From contig CAWEXO010000014.1 in NCBI GenBank assembly GCA_963813025.1, positions 1 to 64,000 on the forward strand: a stretch of DNA of 64,000 nucleotides. The letters are read 5' to 3'. The notes beneath the pieces are model-generated. The model saw nothing but the letters and a program-made list of their open reading frames with translations, was not told where the DNA came from and did not search any database. Below, piece after piece: positions 53,482 to 64,000 of this stretch; position 1 is the first letter of the stretch, and each line of letters starts with the position of its first letter. This stretch comes from an uncultured Verrucomicrobiae bacterium (lineage in GTDB: Bacteria > Verrucomicrobiota > Verrucomicrobiia > Chthoniobacterales > JAFAMB01). The translations under genes and the position numbers were made by a program.

Positions 53482-54645
53482 TTAGGCAGGCCAGTTAGTT
53501 CGACCCCAGGCGCATAAGTTTGTGAAACCATCGCCGCTTGCGAACACGTTATCGTCGCGAGTAGAAAAGGGAAATTTGTACTCTGTTTCCTCACCGCTGA
53601 CCACACCGACGATCCGCGGGTCAGTTCCGTTGTTCCACCACGCGTACATGGGCCCCCCAGAATTGCCATGGTTCAGATCACAGTTCTCCGTCTCGAGTTC
53701 CTCCCCGCCGTTATCGTCACCGTCAGTATCATTGATGGTAAAGCCTTGTTGGAACGCCGGCTCCTGCGCGTTGTCGATGTCGCCTGGGTAACCGATATTG
53801 CTCCAGACCGGTAGGTTGTTCCAGTCACTTGAATAGCCGTTGTAACCAAAGTAGCCGAGCGACGTCCCCAGAGGTTCGTACAGGCGCAGTATCGCCCAGT
53901 CATACCCAGTAACGTTGCCGTTCACGTTGTACCCACGCGCGTCAGACACGTACGACTCGACTCCTGCACCGAAGAGAGAGGTTCCGTTAAAGTACGCGGG
54001 CACAAACTGCATCCACCAGCCTGGCTGGCCTCAGGGCACCATGTGACCAGCCGTTATCACAAGTCGATCGCCGATGAGTGAACCCGTACCACTAAATCCC
54101 TGGCTATTGAAAATGCGGCCGACGAGTCCTAACGGCCACGCAGAATTGTCGAACGCGTGACGGGCATTGTCGTAAACCCACAAAGGCCGCACGCGCCTTC
54201 CATCAAACCGGCGTAACCATTGCTGCTCAGGTCGCCGAACTTGCGGTGTGGGAAGTGTGTCAATCCAGTCCGGACGATGCGAGGTGAAAGAGACGGGCTC
54301 GTTGACTTCGCCAAGGAACTTGGTCGCAGGATGGCGCTCCAGGGTAAGGCCCGGACGCGCACCTCGGAGCTCATCATTGACCGGCACTTCGATCCGCCAC
54401 ATATGCCGACCCGTGTGCTCTACGGAATCGACGCGTACTCTCGGTTTCTCCTTTGTCTCTGTTTCCGAGTAAAGAATCCGCGTCCGGGCCATCGCGCGAA
54501 GCGCCGTCGGGATGTTGCCAGTTCCGAGCGCCATTCGCCGTCTATGAATTGACGCTAATGGAGTCGGTGCTGAGCGATCGCCAATGAATCGGTGAGACGC
54601 CATCTGAACTTCCTGCTTTTCTTTCCGTTTTGGTCTTCTAGCCAT
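53482..54645 (-). pseudogene. Trypsin-like (V8/glutamyl endopeptidase-type) serine protease with one in-frame TGA at 54031-54033
   Basis: ITAGHMVP*GQPGWWMQF reads through in frame; triad TAGH, YDWAIL, GNSGGP. Confidence 0.85.
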
Positions 54646-55233
54646 AGAAAAAAACTATTCCCACTCGGTGGTTAAATCTATTACCCGTTCGTACTACTCT
54701 TTGGTTAATAGCGGCTCGGGAGTCAAATCTTGAGGTTGACATTGCTCGAGCCATCGCAAGTCTCGAGCACCCAAGATTGGTAAATCTTGTTCGAAAGTTT
54801 CAAGAGTTAGTAACTTGGTCGTGATATTAGAAACCCGTTTTCCCATGAGAACTTATTCATCGTAGCGACGGTCGCGCTATGCCTTTTCGGCTCAAGGGTG
54901 GCGGCCGTTCTGGCCGCTCCTCCTCCACCCACCAACGTGATGAAGGACCACGTTGGCATTGTTATCAGGATCGATGAAAATCGCCGGACAGCAGCAGAGT
55001 AGAATAGGTCGGCTGCTTTGGATAAGAGACCAGGAAGCGAAGGACAAGGAGATCAAGACTCCGCAGGGGAACCTGGTGAGGGGATGCACTGATGGGCAAA
55101 AACCGACACGCGATGCTTTAACTAACACACGACACCGGCTTTGAGGACATTTGTTCCGTGGACGCTATCAATTATGCCCAGGAACAAGCCAAAGAGCGTA
55201 TTCAGGTTTGATTACGAAAGTACCAGTTGAAAG

Positions 55234-56415
55234 TCAACCAATCATCTCGCGATAAAGCCGTTCGTATTGCGCTAGGACGACCTTCCACTCAAAGTCGGCC
55301 GCTCGGATCGCGGATAGAGTCGAATAGTGCCGGCGAAGAGGTTCATCGAGAAAGAACCTTCGCATGGCCGAAGCGAGCTCCGACGCCTTACCCGGAGGTA
55401 CCAGCAAAGCGTCCCGACCGAATCGAACCATTTCCCGACAGCCCGGCACGTCACTTGCGATGATCGGTAAACCGGCGGCCATAGCTTCAAGCAGCGCCGT
55501 GCTGAATCCTTCGAAGACCGAGGGAATAACAAAAGCATCCGCCGTCAAATAGAGATCGATTAAAGCGTCTTGCGGGAAGGTGAGAGTGTTTCCGATGAAA
55601 CCGATCTCTCTGGTCTGCAGATCGTCACCGAGTTCAGGTGAAGCGAGCTTAAGTCCTTCCGTATCGCGTCCAACGATCAGCCACTGCGACGGAAGTCCTT
55701 CACGTTTGAGTTCATGGGCGGCCGCTAACAGCGTCGGATAGTCTTTTTGAGGTGAATTTCGACCGACGGAAAGAAAAAGAAAGGCTTCGGGACGCAGCCC
55801 TAGCGTCCGACGAACGGTTAGGCGGTCAATTGGCCGGCGAAATCGTGAAAGATCAACCGCGTTCGGAATCAAATCGATGCGATCCGGGGAGACACCGAGC
55901 GCGCGGTATTCGCGGGAAATCGATTCGGAAAGTGAAACGAGCCGAGCCGCTCGCGGTAAATACTGCCGAGTTAGCCGGTCGACGAGGGGATTTAGGCGGA
56001 CGCCAACCTGGTTCTCCGAATTCGTGAGAACATCGTCGCCCGCGCAACGGACAAGGTATGGAACGGTTTGCCGCTCATTCTGCCAATGGATCAGGGAAAC
56101 CCCGGTCGGCCAGGTCATCACTCCGTGCCACAGATCGAAGCGATGCCGCGCCTGGAGACGCGACAAGAAAAAGTCCGAAAGTCGAAACGTTAGAGAGACT
56201 GACCGCTTAAAATAGCTCCAGAGGTTTGTTGGGAAAGGGACGAGGCCGTATGGGAAGCAAATACCAATGTCACGAAGCTTTCGAACGTTCTTGCGAGGAA
56301 CGATCAACGTGACCTGGTGCCCGGCCAATGTCAGCCGCGAAGCCAGATTGTGGTGAAATATCTCTGCCCCGGATGCCTTGGGAAGAAACGATGGGGTGAA
56401 CACCGCGATTTTCAT
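55234..56415 (-). CDS. GT4 glycosyltransferase
   Basis: IPNAVD, PSVFEGFSTALLEAMAAG. Confidence 0.92.
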   Translation of the reverse strand: MKIAVFTPSFLPKASGAEIFHHNLASRLTLAGHQVTLIVPRKNVRKLRDIGICFPYGLVPFPTNLWSYFKRSVSLTFRLSDFFLSRLQARHRFDLWHGVMTWPTGVSLIHWQNERQTVPYLVRCAGDDVLTNSENQVGVRLNPLVDRLTRQYLPRAARLVSLSESISREYRALGVSPDRIDLIPNAVDLSRFRRPIDRLTVRRTLGLRPEAFLFLSVGRNSPQKDYPTLLAAAHELKREGLPSQWLIVGRDTEGLKLASPELGDDLQTREIGFIGNTLTFPQDALIDLYLTADAFVIPSVFEGFSTALLEAMAAGLPIIASDVPGCREMVRFGRDALLVPPGKASELASAMRRFFLDEPLRRHYSTLSAIRAADFEWKVVLAQYERLYREMIG

Positions 56416-57533
56416 CGCCTTCTCCGAACGCGTCGAGCAGCTAGGAATCGGTAAAACTCCGCCAGCTTGTCGGCTGTCTCCACCGCGTCAGGCACCAAAC
56501 GGTGACTTTGCGCCGCTCTCAGTGCGGATCGAAAATCGGCGCTTTGGATTGCCCTTCGGACCAGCGCTCTATACTCCTCACGATTGTTTTGATCGAACAG
56601 ACCCGGGTGGCTTTCGCCGAGGGCGTGAGTGTTGCCTTCGATCCGGCTGGCCAGGATCGGTACGTCGCAAGAAATCGCCTGGAGCACAGCCAGGGATTGC
56701 CCCTCCCAGTGGGAGGGTAGAACGAAAAGGTCGAGCGCCTGAATCCAGGACGAGACTGGGCGTTGATTGCCGGCAAATTGGATTTTTGCGCCGAGTCCGA
56801 GGGCGTTGACCCGCTCCTCGAGTTCGACCCGATCGGGTCCCTCTCCGACCAGGACGACCCGGAGTTCGGGATGCGAAGCCATAAGGCTGGACGCGACATC
56901 GATCGTGGCCTCATGGTTCTTGACCTTCCGGAGAGAAGCGATTGAACCAACCAGGAAGACGTCGCTCGGCAAGCCAAGCCGTTGCCGAACGGCTAATTTA
57001 TCCTTCGCCGGCGAAAACTCGATTCGATCAATTCCGTTTGGAATCACAGCGATTCGGTCCGGCGGAACGCCAAACGAATGGGCGAAGTCATCCCGAATCT
57101 TCTCAGACAACGTGACCAGGCCGCTGGCTTTTCGAACCAGGATCCAAGTCGTCAGCCACCGATGGAACGTCTGGCGTTCGATCGTCTTATGCTGTTGCAT
57201 GACGGATAGCGCACCGGCCAACCGAGCCGCAGGCACGGAACACGTGTGAGCGTGGTAGGTGTGAGAATGAACGACATCGATCCGGTTCTGCTTCAACCAC
57301 GCAGCAAAACGCCAGCTGCCCCGCGGACTCCACCGTTTCGATCGCGCCGCGGGAATGACGGCTACCCGCTGGTCCCGGTCGCGCAGTTCTTCTCCGAGCA
57401 CTCCAAGTTCGCGCAAACAAACGAATTGCGGCTCGATGCCTTTTTTAGCCAAGTGTGGGGCCAGCGCGATCGTCAGGTCTTCCGCTCCACCGACCGGCAT
57501 CGCGATAAAAACGAAAGCGACCTTCAGTTGCAC
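56412..57533 (-). CDS. GT4 glycosyltransferase
   Basis: GGAE, IPNGID, PSHWEGQSLAVLQA. Confidence 0.92.
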   Translation of the reverse strand: MQLKVAFVFIAMPVGGAEDLTIALAPHLAKKGIEPQFVCLRELGVLGEELRDRDQRVAVIPAARSKRWSPRGSWRFAAWLKQNRIDVVHSHTYHAHTCSVPAARLAGALSVMQQHKTIERQTFHRWLTTWILVRKASGLVTLSEKIRDDFAHSFGVPPDRIAVIPNGIDRIEFSPAKDKLAVRQRLGLPSDVFLVGSIASLRKVKNHEATIDVASSLMASHPELRVVLVGEGPDRVELEERVNALGLGAKIQFAGNQRPVSSWIQALDLFVLPSHWEGQSLAVLQAISCDVPILASRIEGNTHALGESHPGLFDQNNREEYRALVRRAIQSADFRSALRAAQSHRLVPDAVETADKLAEFYRFLAARRVRRRR

Positions 57534-57536
57534 AGT

Positions 57537-58751
57537 TTAACCCCGTTTCCCGACTGGCCGATGCGCATGCCGCGAGTCAGAGACCCGGTCCATGGCTAGC
57601 CGGTAGGCGGCCAGGATTCGCCGCCGGAAATGATCCCAGGTGAAATGCTGAACAACCCTTTCGCGCCCGGTGGCGCCATAGAGGCGAACCAAGTCGGGAC
57701 GGTCGTACAGGAAACGAAGCGCGCGCACCAGGGCGTCGACGTCGTTGGGTGGGATAATCAGTCCGTTGAGACCGTCGACGACGACGTCACCGGCTTCCCG
57801 GGTGGTTATCTGCGCAAGTCCGCAAGCCGCCGCCTCGTAGGTGGTCTTCGCGCTCCCTTCCAGGCTGGAGGGCAACACATAGACCGAACCCGCACGATAA
57901 ACATTTTCGACATCGCCGGTAAATCCGAGCACCTTTACGTTGGCCGGTGACTCTCTCAGGTAGGGCTTGATTTCTTCGTGGGGATGGCCGGCCAGCCAAA
58001 GCTCTGCGTTAGGCAGCTCCAGCTTTTTCCAAGCCTCCAGTAGCGTATGCACTCCTTTCCGCTTGATCAGCGCACCGACGAAAACTGCTCGAAAAACGGG
58101 AGGAGGAGGACCGGGCTGAAACCGATCGGTGTCGGCTCCCTGTGGCATGCTGTAAAGCTTTTCATTGGAAAATCCGAGCGCCCGAAAAGAGTCGGCGGCT
58201 TTTTCCGACTCGACCAGCAGCAAGTCGGCCAAATCGTACTCCTCCAACGTATCCTGCCGGGGAATCAGGATACGGTTTAGCCAGCGTTGGGGGATCGGCG
58301 CATTCTCCAGAGCGATCTCCTGCTCCGTTTTTGGAGGAAGGATCTTTCCCTTCTGACGATGCCAAGTGGGAATCTCAAGCAGTGACGGTATTCCAAGTAA
58401 CTTGGCGACGCGTAAGCCTTCCAAGGCGTCCCCTTCCCAAGCGTGGAAAAGGTCGAAACGACCGGTTTTGAGCTGCTGCGCAGACACCCGGCTGACTGCT
58501 CGCTTTTTTGCCGCGTAGTAATATTTGCGTTCAAAGTTTGAGAGAAGCCGGATCGGATGAAAGCGGAGCGTTTTCATCTTTCGCCGGTCGATGTCCGGAG
58601 ATCGAACGCCGTACGAAATGGCTTTTCCTAAATAAGGCTGGATTCCTCGAATCGTTTCCAGCGCTACCAGGTCAAGGCCGATCCCGCCAATGCGGGCCGA
58701 GGTCGCGTACAACACGCTTTTGGGCAGTCTTACATCAGACATTCGCAGCAA
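57537..58751 (-). CDS. GT4 glycosyltransferase
   Basis: FVGALIKRKG, PSSLEGSAKTTYEAAACG. Confidence 0.92.
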   Translation of the reverse strand: MLRMSDVRLPKSVLYATSARIGGIGLDLVALETIRGIQPYLGKAISYGVRSPDIDRRKMKTLRFHPIRLLSNFERKYYYAAKKRAVSRVSAQQLKTGRFDLFHAWEGDALEGLRVAKLLGIPSLLEIPTWHRQKGKILPPKTEQEIALENAPIPQRWLNRILIPRQDTLEEYDLADLLLVESEKAADSFRALGFSNEKLYSMPQGADTDRFQPGPPPPVFRAVFVGALIKRKGVHTLLEAWKKLELPNAELWLAGHPHEEIKPYLRESPANVKVLGFTGDVENVYRAGSVYVLPSSLEGSAKTTYEAAACGLAQITTREAGDVVVDGLNGLIIPPNDVDALVRALRFLYDRPDLVRLYGATGRERVVQHFTWDHFRRRILAAYRLAMDRVSDSRHAHRPVGKRG

Positions 58752-58859
58752 AGTTAACGAAGGCGATCCAACGTAATCAAGCAGAGTTGGGATCGGCTTG
58801 GAAACAGGTCTGAATTGGCGCGGGCGTCTGGTGCTCTCAGGATTTATGACCGAGGCAGG

Positions 58860-59888
58860 TTAGGCTGCCTGCCGCATGGCGGCGCGCCGGGTGCGATAGA
58901 AGTCAACGATAACCGCCGCCACAATCACGCCGCCGGTGACGAGACGTTTGACAGGCTCCTGAGCACCCAGTTGGGCGAGACCGTTTTCCAAGACCGCAAT
59001 CACTAACACTCCAAAAAATGAGTTAATCACCGAGCCGCGGCCGCCCATGAGACTAGTTCCACCGATGACCACCGCCGCGATCGCTTCCAACTCAAAACCG
59101 CTGCCCGCATTTGGATCGGCTGAAGCCAGCCGGGAACAGAGCGCAATCGAGCCGAGACCAGCCAAGGCGCCGCTGATGCTGAAGACGATTATTTTGATGG
59201 GGCGCGGATCGATCCCCGATAAACGCAGCGCTTCCTCGTTTGTCCCCAGCGCGATGAGATAACGCCCAAACACCGTCCCAGTGAGAATCAACTGCGCCAG
59301 AATCACTCCAAAGATCGCGACCCAAAAGGGCAGGGAAAGGCCGAGAAAACCAAGGTCATTGACCTGCTCGATCTGCGAACCGATGTACTGGGTTTGCGAA
59401 TTGGTCACCAGGTAAGCCGCGCCTCGACCCGCTTCGAGAGCGCCGAGCGTGACAATAAAAGAGGGCAGCTGAAAGCGAACAACCAGACTGCCGTTGATCA
59501 TTCCGCAGACTGCACCGGCGGCAACGCAGAGCAATGCCGCGAAAAATAAGGGCAAGTGCCATTGCACCAAAGCGACACCCAGAATGCCCCCGCAAAGGGC
59601 AAGGACGGAGCCCACCGACAGATCAATTCCGGCAATAATCAAGACAAACGTCATTCCAATGGCGACCAGCGCGGCGGCCGGAACTTGATTCAGAATGGTG
59701 GAGAACGTGACAGCCGAAAAAAAGTGCTGGGTGGTGACACTAAAGAGCGCGATCAGGAGAATAAGCACAACCACCAGCCCGAGGCTGTTCTCGGCAATTT
59801 CTTGCCACTGGCTTTTTCGCCGTAGCGCGCCGCGCACATCGCGGGCGACGCTTGCGGCGGTTGTTGAGGACTGAAGGTCATCCGCCAT
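58860..59888 (-). CDS. rbsC: Ribose-type ABC transporter permease
   Basis: GIDLSVGS, GTNEEALRLSGI, AIAAVVIGGTSLMGGRG. Confidence 0.88.
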   Translation of the reverse strand: MADDLQSSTTAASVARDVRGALRRKSQWQEIAENSLGLVVVLILLIALFSVTTQHFFSAVTFSTILNQVPAAALVAIGMTFVLIIAGIDLSVGSVLALCGGILGVALVQWHLPLFFAALLCVAAGAVCGMINGSLVVRFQLPSFIVTLGALEAGRGAAYLVTNSQTQYIGSQIEQVNDLGFLGLSLPFWVAIFGVILAQLILTGTVFGRYLIALGTNEEALRLSGIDPRPIKIIVFSISGALAGLGSIALCSRLASADPNAGSGFELEAIAAVVIGGTSLMGGRGSVINSFFGVLVIAVLENGLAQLGAQEPVKRLVTGGVIVAAVIVDFYRTRRAAMRQAA

Positions 59889-60197
59889 GGTTGATTTCCT
59901 GGGGTCGAATATTCAGTTCCGTAGGCCTGCATCGCTCATCCGGGCCGGGTCCTGAGCCATGCAGGCAATGGCAGGAGAATTGTCCCGGCTGCGCCGGAAA
60001 GCTCTGCTGCCATGCCGGATTTATTGCCATGATGAGCACATCTCTAAAGATGCGCAAGAGTTCCCCGGTATTCCGAGGCCACCAGCAGCCTTTTTGTGGG
60101 GACTTATTCCTTATCACCTTTCCATTGCATGGTTCGGATAACAGCGGTGCCGAGGTCCGGGATACCGACGAGGCCGTCGGCGCTACGCTCAGTCCGC

Positions 60198-61712
60198 TCA
60201 AGCCGCCGCCTTACCCGACCCAAGCTCGCTGAAAGCGGCCGCCATAATCTTGTCCTCCGACCACTCTTCCCGGCGAAACGTTTTCGTAAGTTTTCCTGCC
60301 GACAGCACGGCGATACGGTCGCAGATCGTCAGCAGTTCTTTCAAATCCGAAGAAATCACAATGATACCTTTGCCTGCCGCGGCCAGGCTGTTCAGCAACC
60401 GGTAGATCTCAAATTTCGATCCGACATCGATTCCGCGGGTTGGCTCATCGCAGATGAGCACTTTACAATCACGATAGAGCCAGCGGGCGAGCAGGACCTT
60501 CTGCTGATTACCGCCGCTCATACTGACGGCCGTTTGCTCAATGCTGCTCACTTTGATGGCGAGCCGGCGGACCCACTCTTTGGCGGTCGCAGCTTCTTTT
60601 TCCCGATCAAGCCAGCCGGCGAATCGGCGCAATTCTGTGCGCAGATTCGCGAGGGTAATATTCATGCGAGCCGGTTTCGGGAGAAGCAGCCCTTGAGTTT
60701 TCCGATCTTCGGTGAGCAGACCGATACCGAGGCGCACGGCATCCGAGGGACGGTCGATCTTTACCGGCACGCTGCTTTCCCCGAGATAAATTTGCCCGGC
60801 GGCTCTGGGGTCAGCGCCAAAGATCGCGCGCACCGTTTCCGTGCGACCGGCCCCCATCAAGCCGGCAAACCCGAGGATTTCGCCTTCGGCAAGATCGAAG
60901 CTGGCCTCGCGCACCATCGGAGGAGCGCGCAATCCGACGACTCGCAATGCGCGCTTTCCGGCGATTCGCTCAGGCCGAGAGCTGGCCTCCAGGTTACGAC
61001 CGACCATCAGCCGGATAACCTCGTCGACCTGGTACTCGCCGCGGTTCAAGGTCGCAACCAGCTCTCCGTCGCGCAGGACCGAAACTCGATCGGCAATGGC
61101 CTCGATCTCTTCGAGGTGATGCGAGATAAAAATAATGCCCACATTCTCCGCCTGGAATTGTCGAATCCGTTCGAAGAGCCGCTCGGCGTCAACCGCGGTG
61201 AGCGCGGCAGTTGGCTCATCAAGAATGAGAACGCGGCAGCGGCGAGAGATTCCCGCCGCGATTTCGACCAGCTGTTTTTGGCCAATCCCTAATCGAGATA
61301 TCAGAATCCCGGGCGGCAGCTTTTCCATCCCCACGGTAGCGAGCGCTCCGGTCGCCGCCTTGTCAAGTGCCGACTTTTTGATCCAGCCCGCCCGATTTGG
61401 CAATTCCTCGAGAAAGAGATTTTCTGCGATTGTGAGGTTCTCGATGAGGTTCAGCTCCTGGAGAACGATCCGGATCCCGCTCGCTTCGGCGTCTTTTCGG
61501 GTCGCGGGCGCATAGGGATCGCCTTCCAGCAACATGCGTCCGGAATCCGGTTGCCGTATGCCGGCGATAATCTGGCAGAGCGTGCTCTTTCCGGCGCCGT
61601 TCTCCCCAACCAAGGCATGCACCTCGCCCGCGGAAAGGGTGAAGTCGACCTCGCGTAAAACGGGTTCGGCGTACGCCTTGGAAAGTTTCTCGGTCTGGAG
61701 AAGAAAAGCCAT
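60198..61712 (-). CDS. rbsA: Ribose-type ABC transporter ATP-binding protein
   Basis: GENGAGKS, LDEPTAAL, TEDRK, SGGNQQK, DEPTRGID. Confidence 0.9.
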   Translation of the reverse strand: MAFLLQTEKLSKAYAEPVLREVDFTLSAGEVHALVGENGAGKSTLCQIIAGIRQPDSGRMLLEGDPYAPATRKDAEASGIRIVLQELNLIENLTIAENLFLEELPNRAGWIKKSALDKAATGALATVGMEKLPPGILISRLGIGQKQLVEIAAGISRRCRVLILDEPTAALTAVDAERLFERIRQFQAENVGIIFISHHLEEIEAIADRVSVLRDGELVATLNRGEYQVDEVIRLMVGRNLEASSRPERIAGKRALRVVGLRAPPMVREASFDLAEGEILGFAGLMGAGRTETVRAIFGADPRAAGQIYLGESSVPVKIDRPSDAVRLGIGLLTEDRKTQGLLLPKPARMNITLANLRTELRRFAGWLDREKEAATAKEWVRRLAIKVSSIEQTAVSMSGGNQQKVLLARWLYRDCKVLICDEPTRGIDVGSKFEIYRLLNSLAAAGKGIIVISSDLKELLTICDRIAVLSAGKLTKTFRREEWSEDKIMAAAFSELGSGKAAA

Positions 61713-61818
61713 GCCATCCCGCTCTATCGGGGCGAGCGCACAGGCTTGCGAGCAACGATCCTCCCGGGGCGACGCGGTCGATCCGGCTTCTGTTTCAAAG
61801 GGGCGGCGGCAGAGTTGT

Positions 61819-62781
61819 TCAAGGTTTAGTTGTTGCGCCCAAGGTGGCTGCCGTAATCAGGTCGACTGGGGTCTCCTTGTCGGGAAGATCGGCGTTCTTG
61901 TTTTTGAGACCTTCGAGAGCGTACTGGATCCCAAAGACGGCCAACTTATCGGCGTGCTGGTCGGCGGTCGCCACTACTTCTCCTTGTTTAATCAGTTGCT
62001 GGACGGCCGAGATGTTATCGAATCCGACAACTTTAACCGACTGTAGTTTCCCAGCTGATTTCAGCGCCGACACCGCCCCAAGAGCCATATTATCGTTGGC
62101 CGCCATCAACGCGTTCAGATCGGGATGCTGCGTAATGATGCCCGACGTCACCTGGTTGGCTTTGTCTGTCTCCCACTGGGCGGATTGCGAGCTAACCAGG
62201 TCGAGCTTGGCTTCCTTGATGGCGTCCTCGAACCCGAGCTTTCGCTGGATACCGTTGAACGCTCCCGGAATCCCCTCGAGGATCGCCACTTTGCTCCCCG
62301 GTTGGAGCTGCTTAGCGAGATACTCGCCCACCATTCTGGAGCCCTTCCGGTTATCCGGCCCGACAAAGGGGAATCTCACCTTTTGATCGGCCATGGTCGC
62401 GGCATCAAACTTGTTATCGATATTGATCACCAGAATGCCGGCATCGTGCGCCTTTTTGCACGCCGGTATCAGGCTTTTCGAGTCAGCCGGTGCGATAACA
62501 ATCGCGTCGACACGTTCGGCAACCATTTGTTCGACAAGATCGATCTGCTTCGCGACGTCGGTCTCGTTCTTGATGCCATTGGAGATGAGATCAAACTCAC
62601 TGGAATTCTGGCTCTGATAGTCACGAGCCCCTTTTTCCATTGTCTGAAAAAACTCGTTGGCCAGCGACTTCATAATCAGGGCGATGCGCGGTTTTTTCGC
62701 GGACTGTGCGAGACCATTGGACGTAAAGGCGAAAGCAGCCAGCAGAATGCTGGGGATGAGAAGGCAGCGACGGAGGTTCAT
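61819..62781 (-). CDS. rbsB: Ribose-type ABC transporter substrate-binding protein
   Basis: Signal peptide from MNLRR; MKSLANEFF, AANDNMALGA, VVGFD. Confidence 0.85.
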   Translation of the reverse strand: MNLRRCLLIPSILLAAFAFTSNGLAQSAKKPRIALIMKSLANEFFQTMEKGARDYQSQNSSEFDLISNGIKNETDVAKQIDLVEQMVAERVDAIVIAPADSKSLIPACKKAHDAGILVINIDNKFDAATMADQKVRFPFVGPDNRKGSRMVGEYLAKQLQPGSKVAILEGIPGAFNGIQRKLGFEDAIKEAKLDLVSSQSAQWETDKANQVTSGIITQHPDLNALMAANDNMALGAVSALKSAGKLQSVKVVGFDNISAVQQLIKQGEVVATADQHADKLAVFGIQYALEGLKNKNADLPDKETPVDLITAATLGATTKP

Positions 62782-62914
62782 GAGCGTGAATGGGAGGGTA
62801 ATTGGTGGTTGGGGAATGGGGACGGGGAGAGGCAGAGGTTTACAAACTTTAAAATGCGCCCTCGCGATTGGCTTTGTCAATGGGTGAATTCCGGCGGGAG
62901 AGCCAGTGGCATTC

Positions 62915-62978
62915 GCAGTGCCAGTGCTAGTGCTAGTGCTAGTGTCAGTTGTCAGTTGTCAGTTGTCATCGGTCATCG
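62915..62978 (+). repeat. Short tandem repeats: hexamer (CTAGTG-like x5) then heptamer (TCAGTTG-like x5)
   Basis: gcagtg ccagtg ctagtg ctagtg ctagtg tcagttg tcagttg tcagttg tcatcgg tcatcg. Confidence 0.8.
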
Positions 62979-63074
62979 CCCCGACGGAGAGTTGTTCGCT
63001 GTTGCTTAACTTGAGCTCACGAGCGATTTTAATTCTCGACCCCCATTTAAGTAACCCTCATTCAAGGAAGCATC

Positions 63075-64000
63075 ATGAGATCTCCCCTGTTGGCGCTCCT
63101 CGGTAGCGCTTTATTGTCGTTCACTTCCGGCGTCCTTCCCGGCAACGCCGCCCCGCAGAAAATTATCATCGATACTGATTTCAATACGATTGGAGACGAT
63201 GGGCAGGTATTAGTCATGGCGGCTCAGCTCCAGACCGCAGGTGCGCTCGACATTCTCGGACTGACCATCCCGACCGGCAATCAATGGCGTGACCAGGAAG
63301 TGTCGGACGCCCTCAAAGCCGTCGAGCGGCTTGGCATTGAGCACAAAGTGCGAGTGCATCCCGGCACGCAGTATCCGCTTCTGCACGACTACAAATCCTA
63401 TCTCTACGAAAAAGCAATCTTCGCGGGGACTGATTACGTTGGGGCATATGCGAGCCCGCCTCCGACACCGGCGCAGATTGTGCCGCCACCCGATGGCTTT
63501 GCCACGCATACCAAACCTTCAAATGTGAATGCAATCGACTTCATCATTCGGACGATTCACAGATATCCTCACGAAGTGACCTTGCTCACTATCGGGCCGC
63601 TCACGAACGTTGCCATTGCCATCCGCGAAGACCCGAGCATCGTGCCTTTGATAAAGAGAATCGTTTTCATGGGCGGGCAAATTGATGTAGAAGGCAACGC
63701 GTTCAACGATGTCGGTGAGTTCAACTGGTGGATGGATCCGGAGGCCGTGCAGGTGGTTCTCCGAGCGGACGTACCTCAGTTTATCGTGCCTCTGGACTGC
63801 ACCAACACCGTTCCGCTCACCAAAGCCGTCTATGATAGGATCGCGAACACTCCGCACCCGACGATCATTACCGAACTTTACAAACAGAATTTCGCTCCGT
63901 TTTTCGGGTCCGGACCGGCGCCTTTTGTGCCATACATTTATGACACGATCGCTTTGACGTATGCCTATGATCCTAGTTTCGCTACCGAGTCTCAGAATCG
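63075..64000 (+). CDS. Nucleoside hydrolase (IU-NH family) with signal peptide, runs off window end
   Basis: Manual translation MRSPLLALLG...QKIIIDTDFNTIGDDG...IGPLTNVA...MGG...EFNWWMDPEA...PLD; absent from the ORF track because there is no stop. Confidence 0.9.
   Translation, partial: MRSPLLALLGSALLSFTSGVLPGNAAPQKIIIDTDFNTIGDDGQVLVMAAQLQTAGALDILGLTIPTGNQWRDQEVSDALKAVERLGIEHKVRVHPGTQYPLLHDYKSYLYEKAIFAGTDYVGAYASPPPTPAQIVPPPDGFATHTKPSNVNAIDFIIRTIHRYPHEVTLLTIGPLTNVAIAIREDPSIVPLIKRIVFMGGQIDVEGNAFNDVGEFNWWMDPEAVQVVLRADVPQFIVPLDCTNTVPLTKAVYDRIANTPHPTIITELYKQNFAPFFGSGPAPFVPYIYDTIALTYAYDPSFATESQN

Noticed and set aside
54031..54033. Selenocysteine or recoded TGA
   Set aside because: Context suggests Trp rather than Cys, and many genes in the window use TGA as a normal stop.
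60096..61292. 398-aa ORF on + strand
   Set aside because: Antisense shadow of rbsA; the same applies to 62125-63009, 52370-53203, 44422-45201 and similar overlapping ORFs.

Overview
Bacterial genomic window of about 55-60% GC by eye. The gene repertoire suggests a soil Verrucomicrobiota (Chthoniobacterales-like) genome, which is an inference. It is an accessory, carbohydrate-oriented region: a GH94 phosphorylase, an anhydrofructose reductase/MFS/ketogluconate kinase/reductase cluster, several sugar ABC systems, a GH20 hexosaminidase, epimerase-kinase-ROK genes, three GT4s and a nucleoside hydrolase. It also holds an Lhr helicase, a Rieske protein and an IcmF-like acyl-CoA mutase. Mobile elements include IS110, IS630 x2, IS1380, IS3 and MITEs. 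Short gene scraps are interspersed (cas3, Tn3 x2, IS256, IS3 orfA, integrase, SDR and others). Many genes carry 1-nt frameshifts, so sequencing indels cannot be separated from true pseudogenes. The best novelty candidate is an IS110 bridge recombinase followed by a tandem array of 115-120 bp non-autonomous mini-donor units that carry both element ends. Its 5' non-coding region contains a plausible donor-binding loop matching those junctions. Also notable are stacks of unrelated elements at single CTAG sites and an 18-nt hairpin micro-insertion present three times in one MITE copy and absent from the other.
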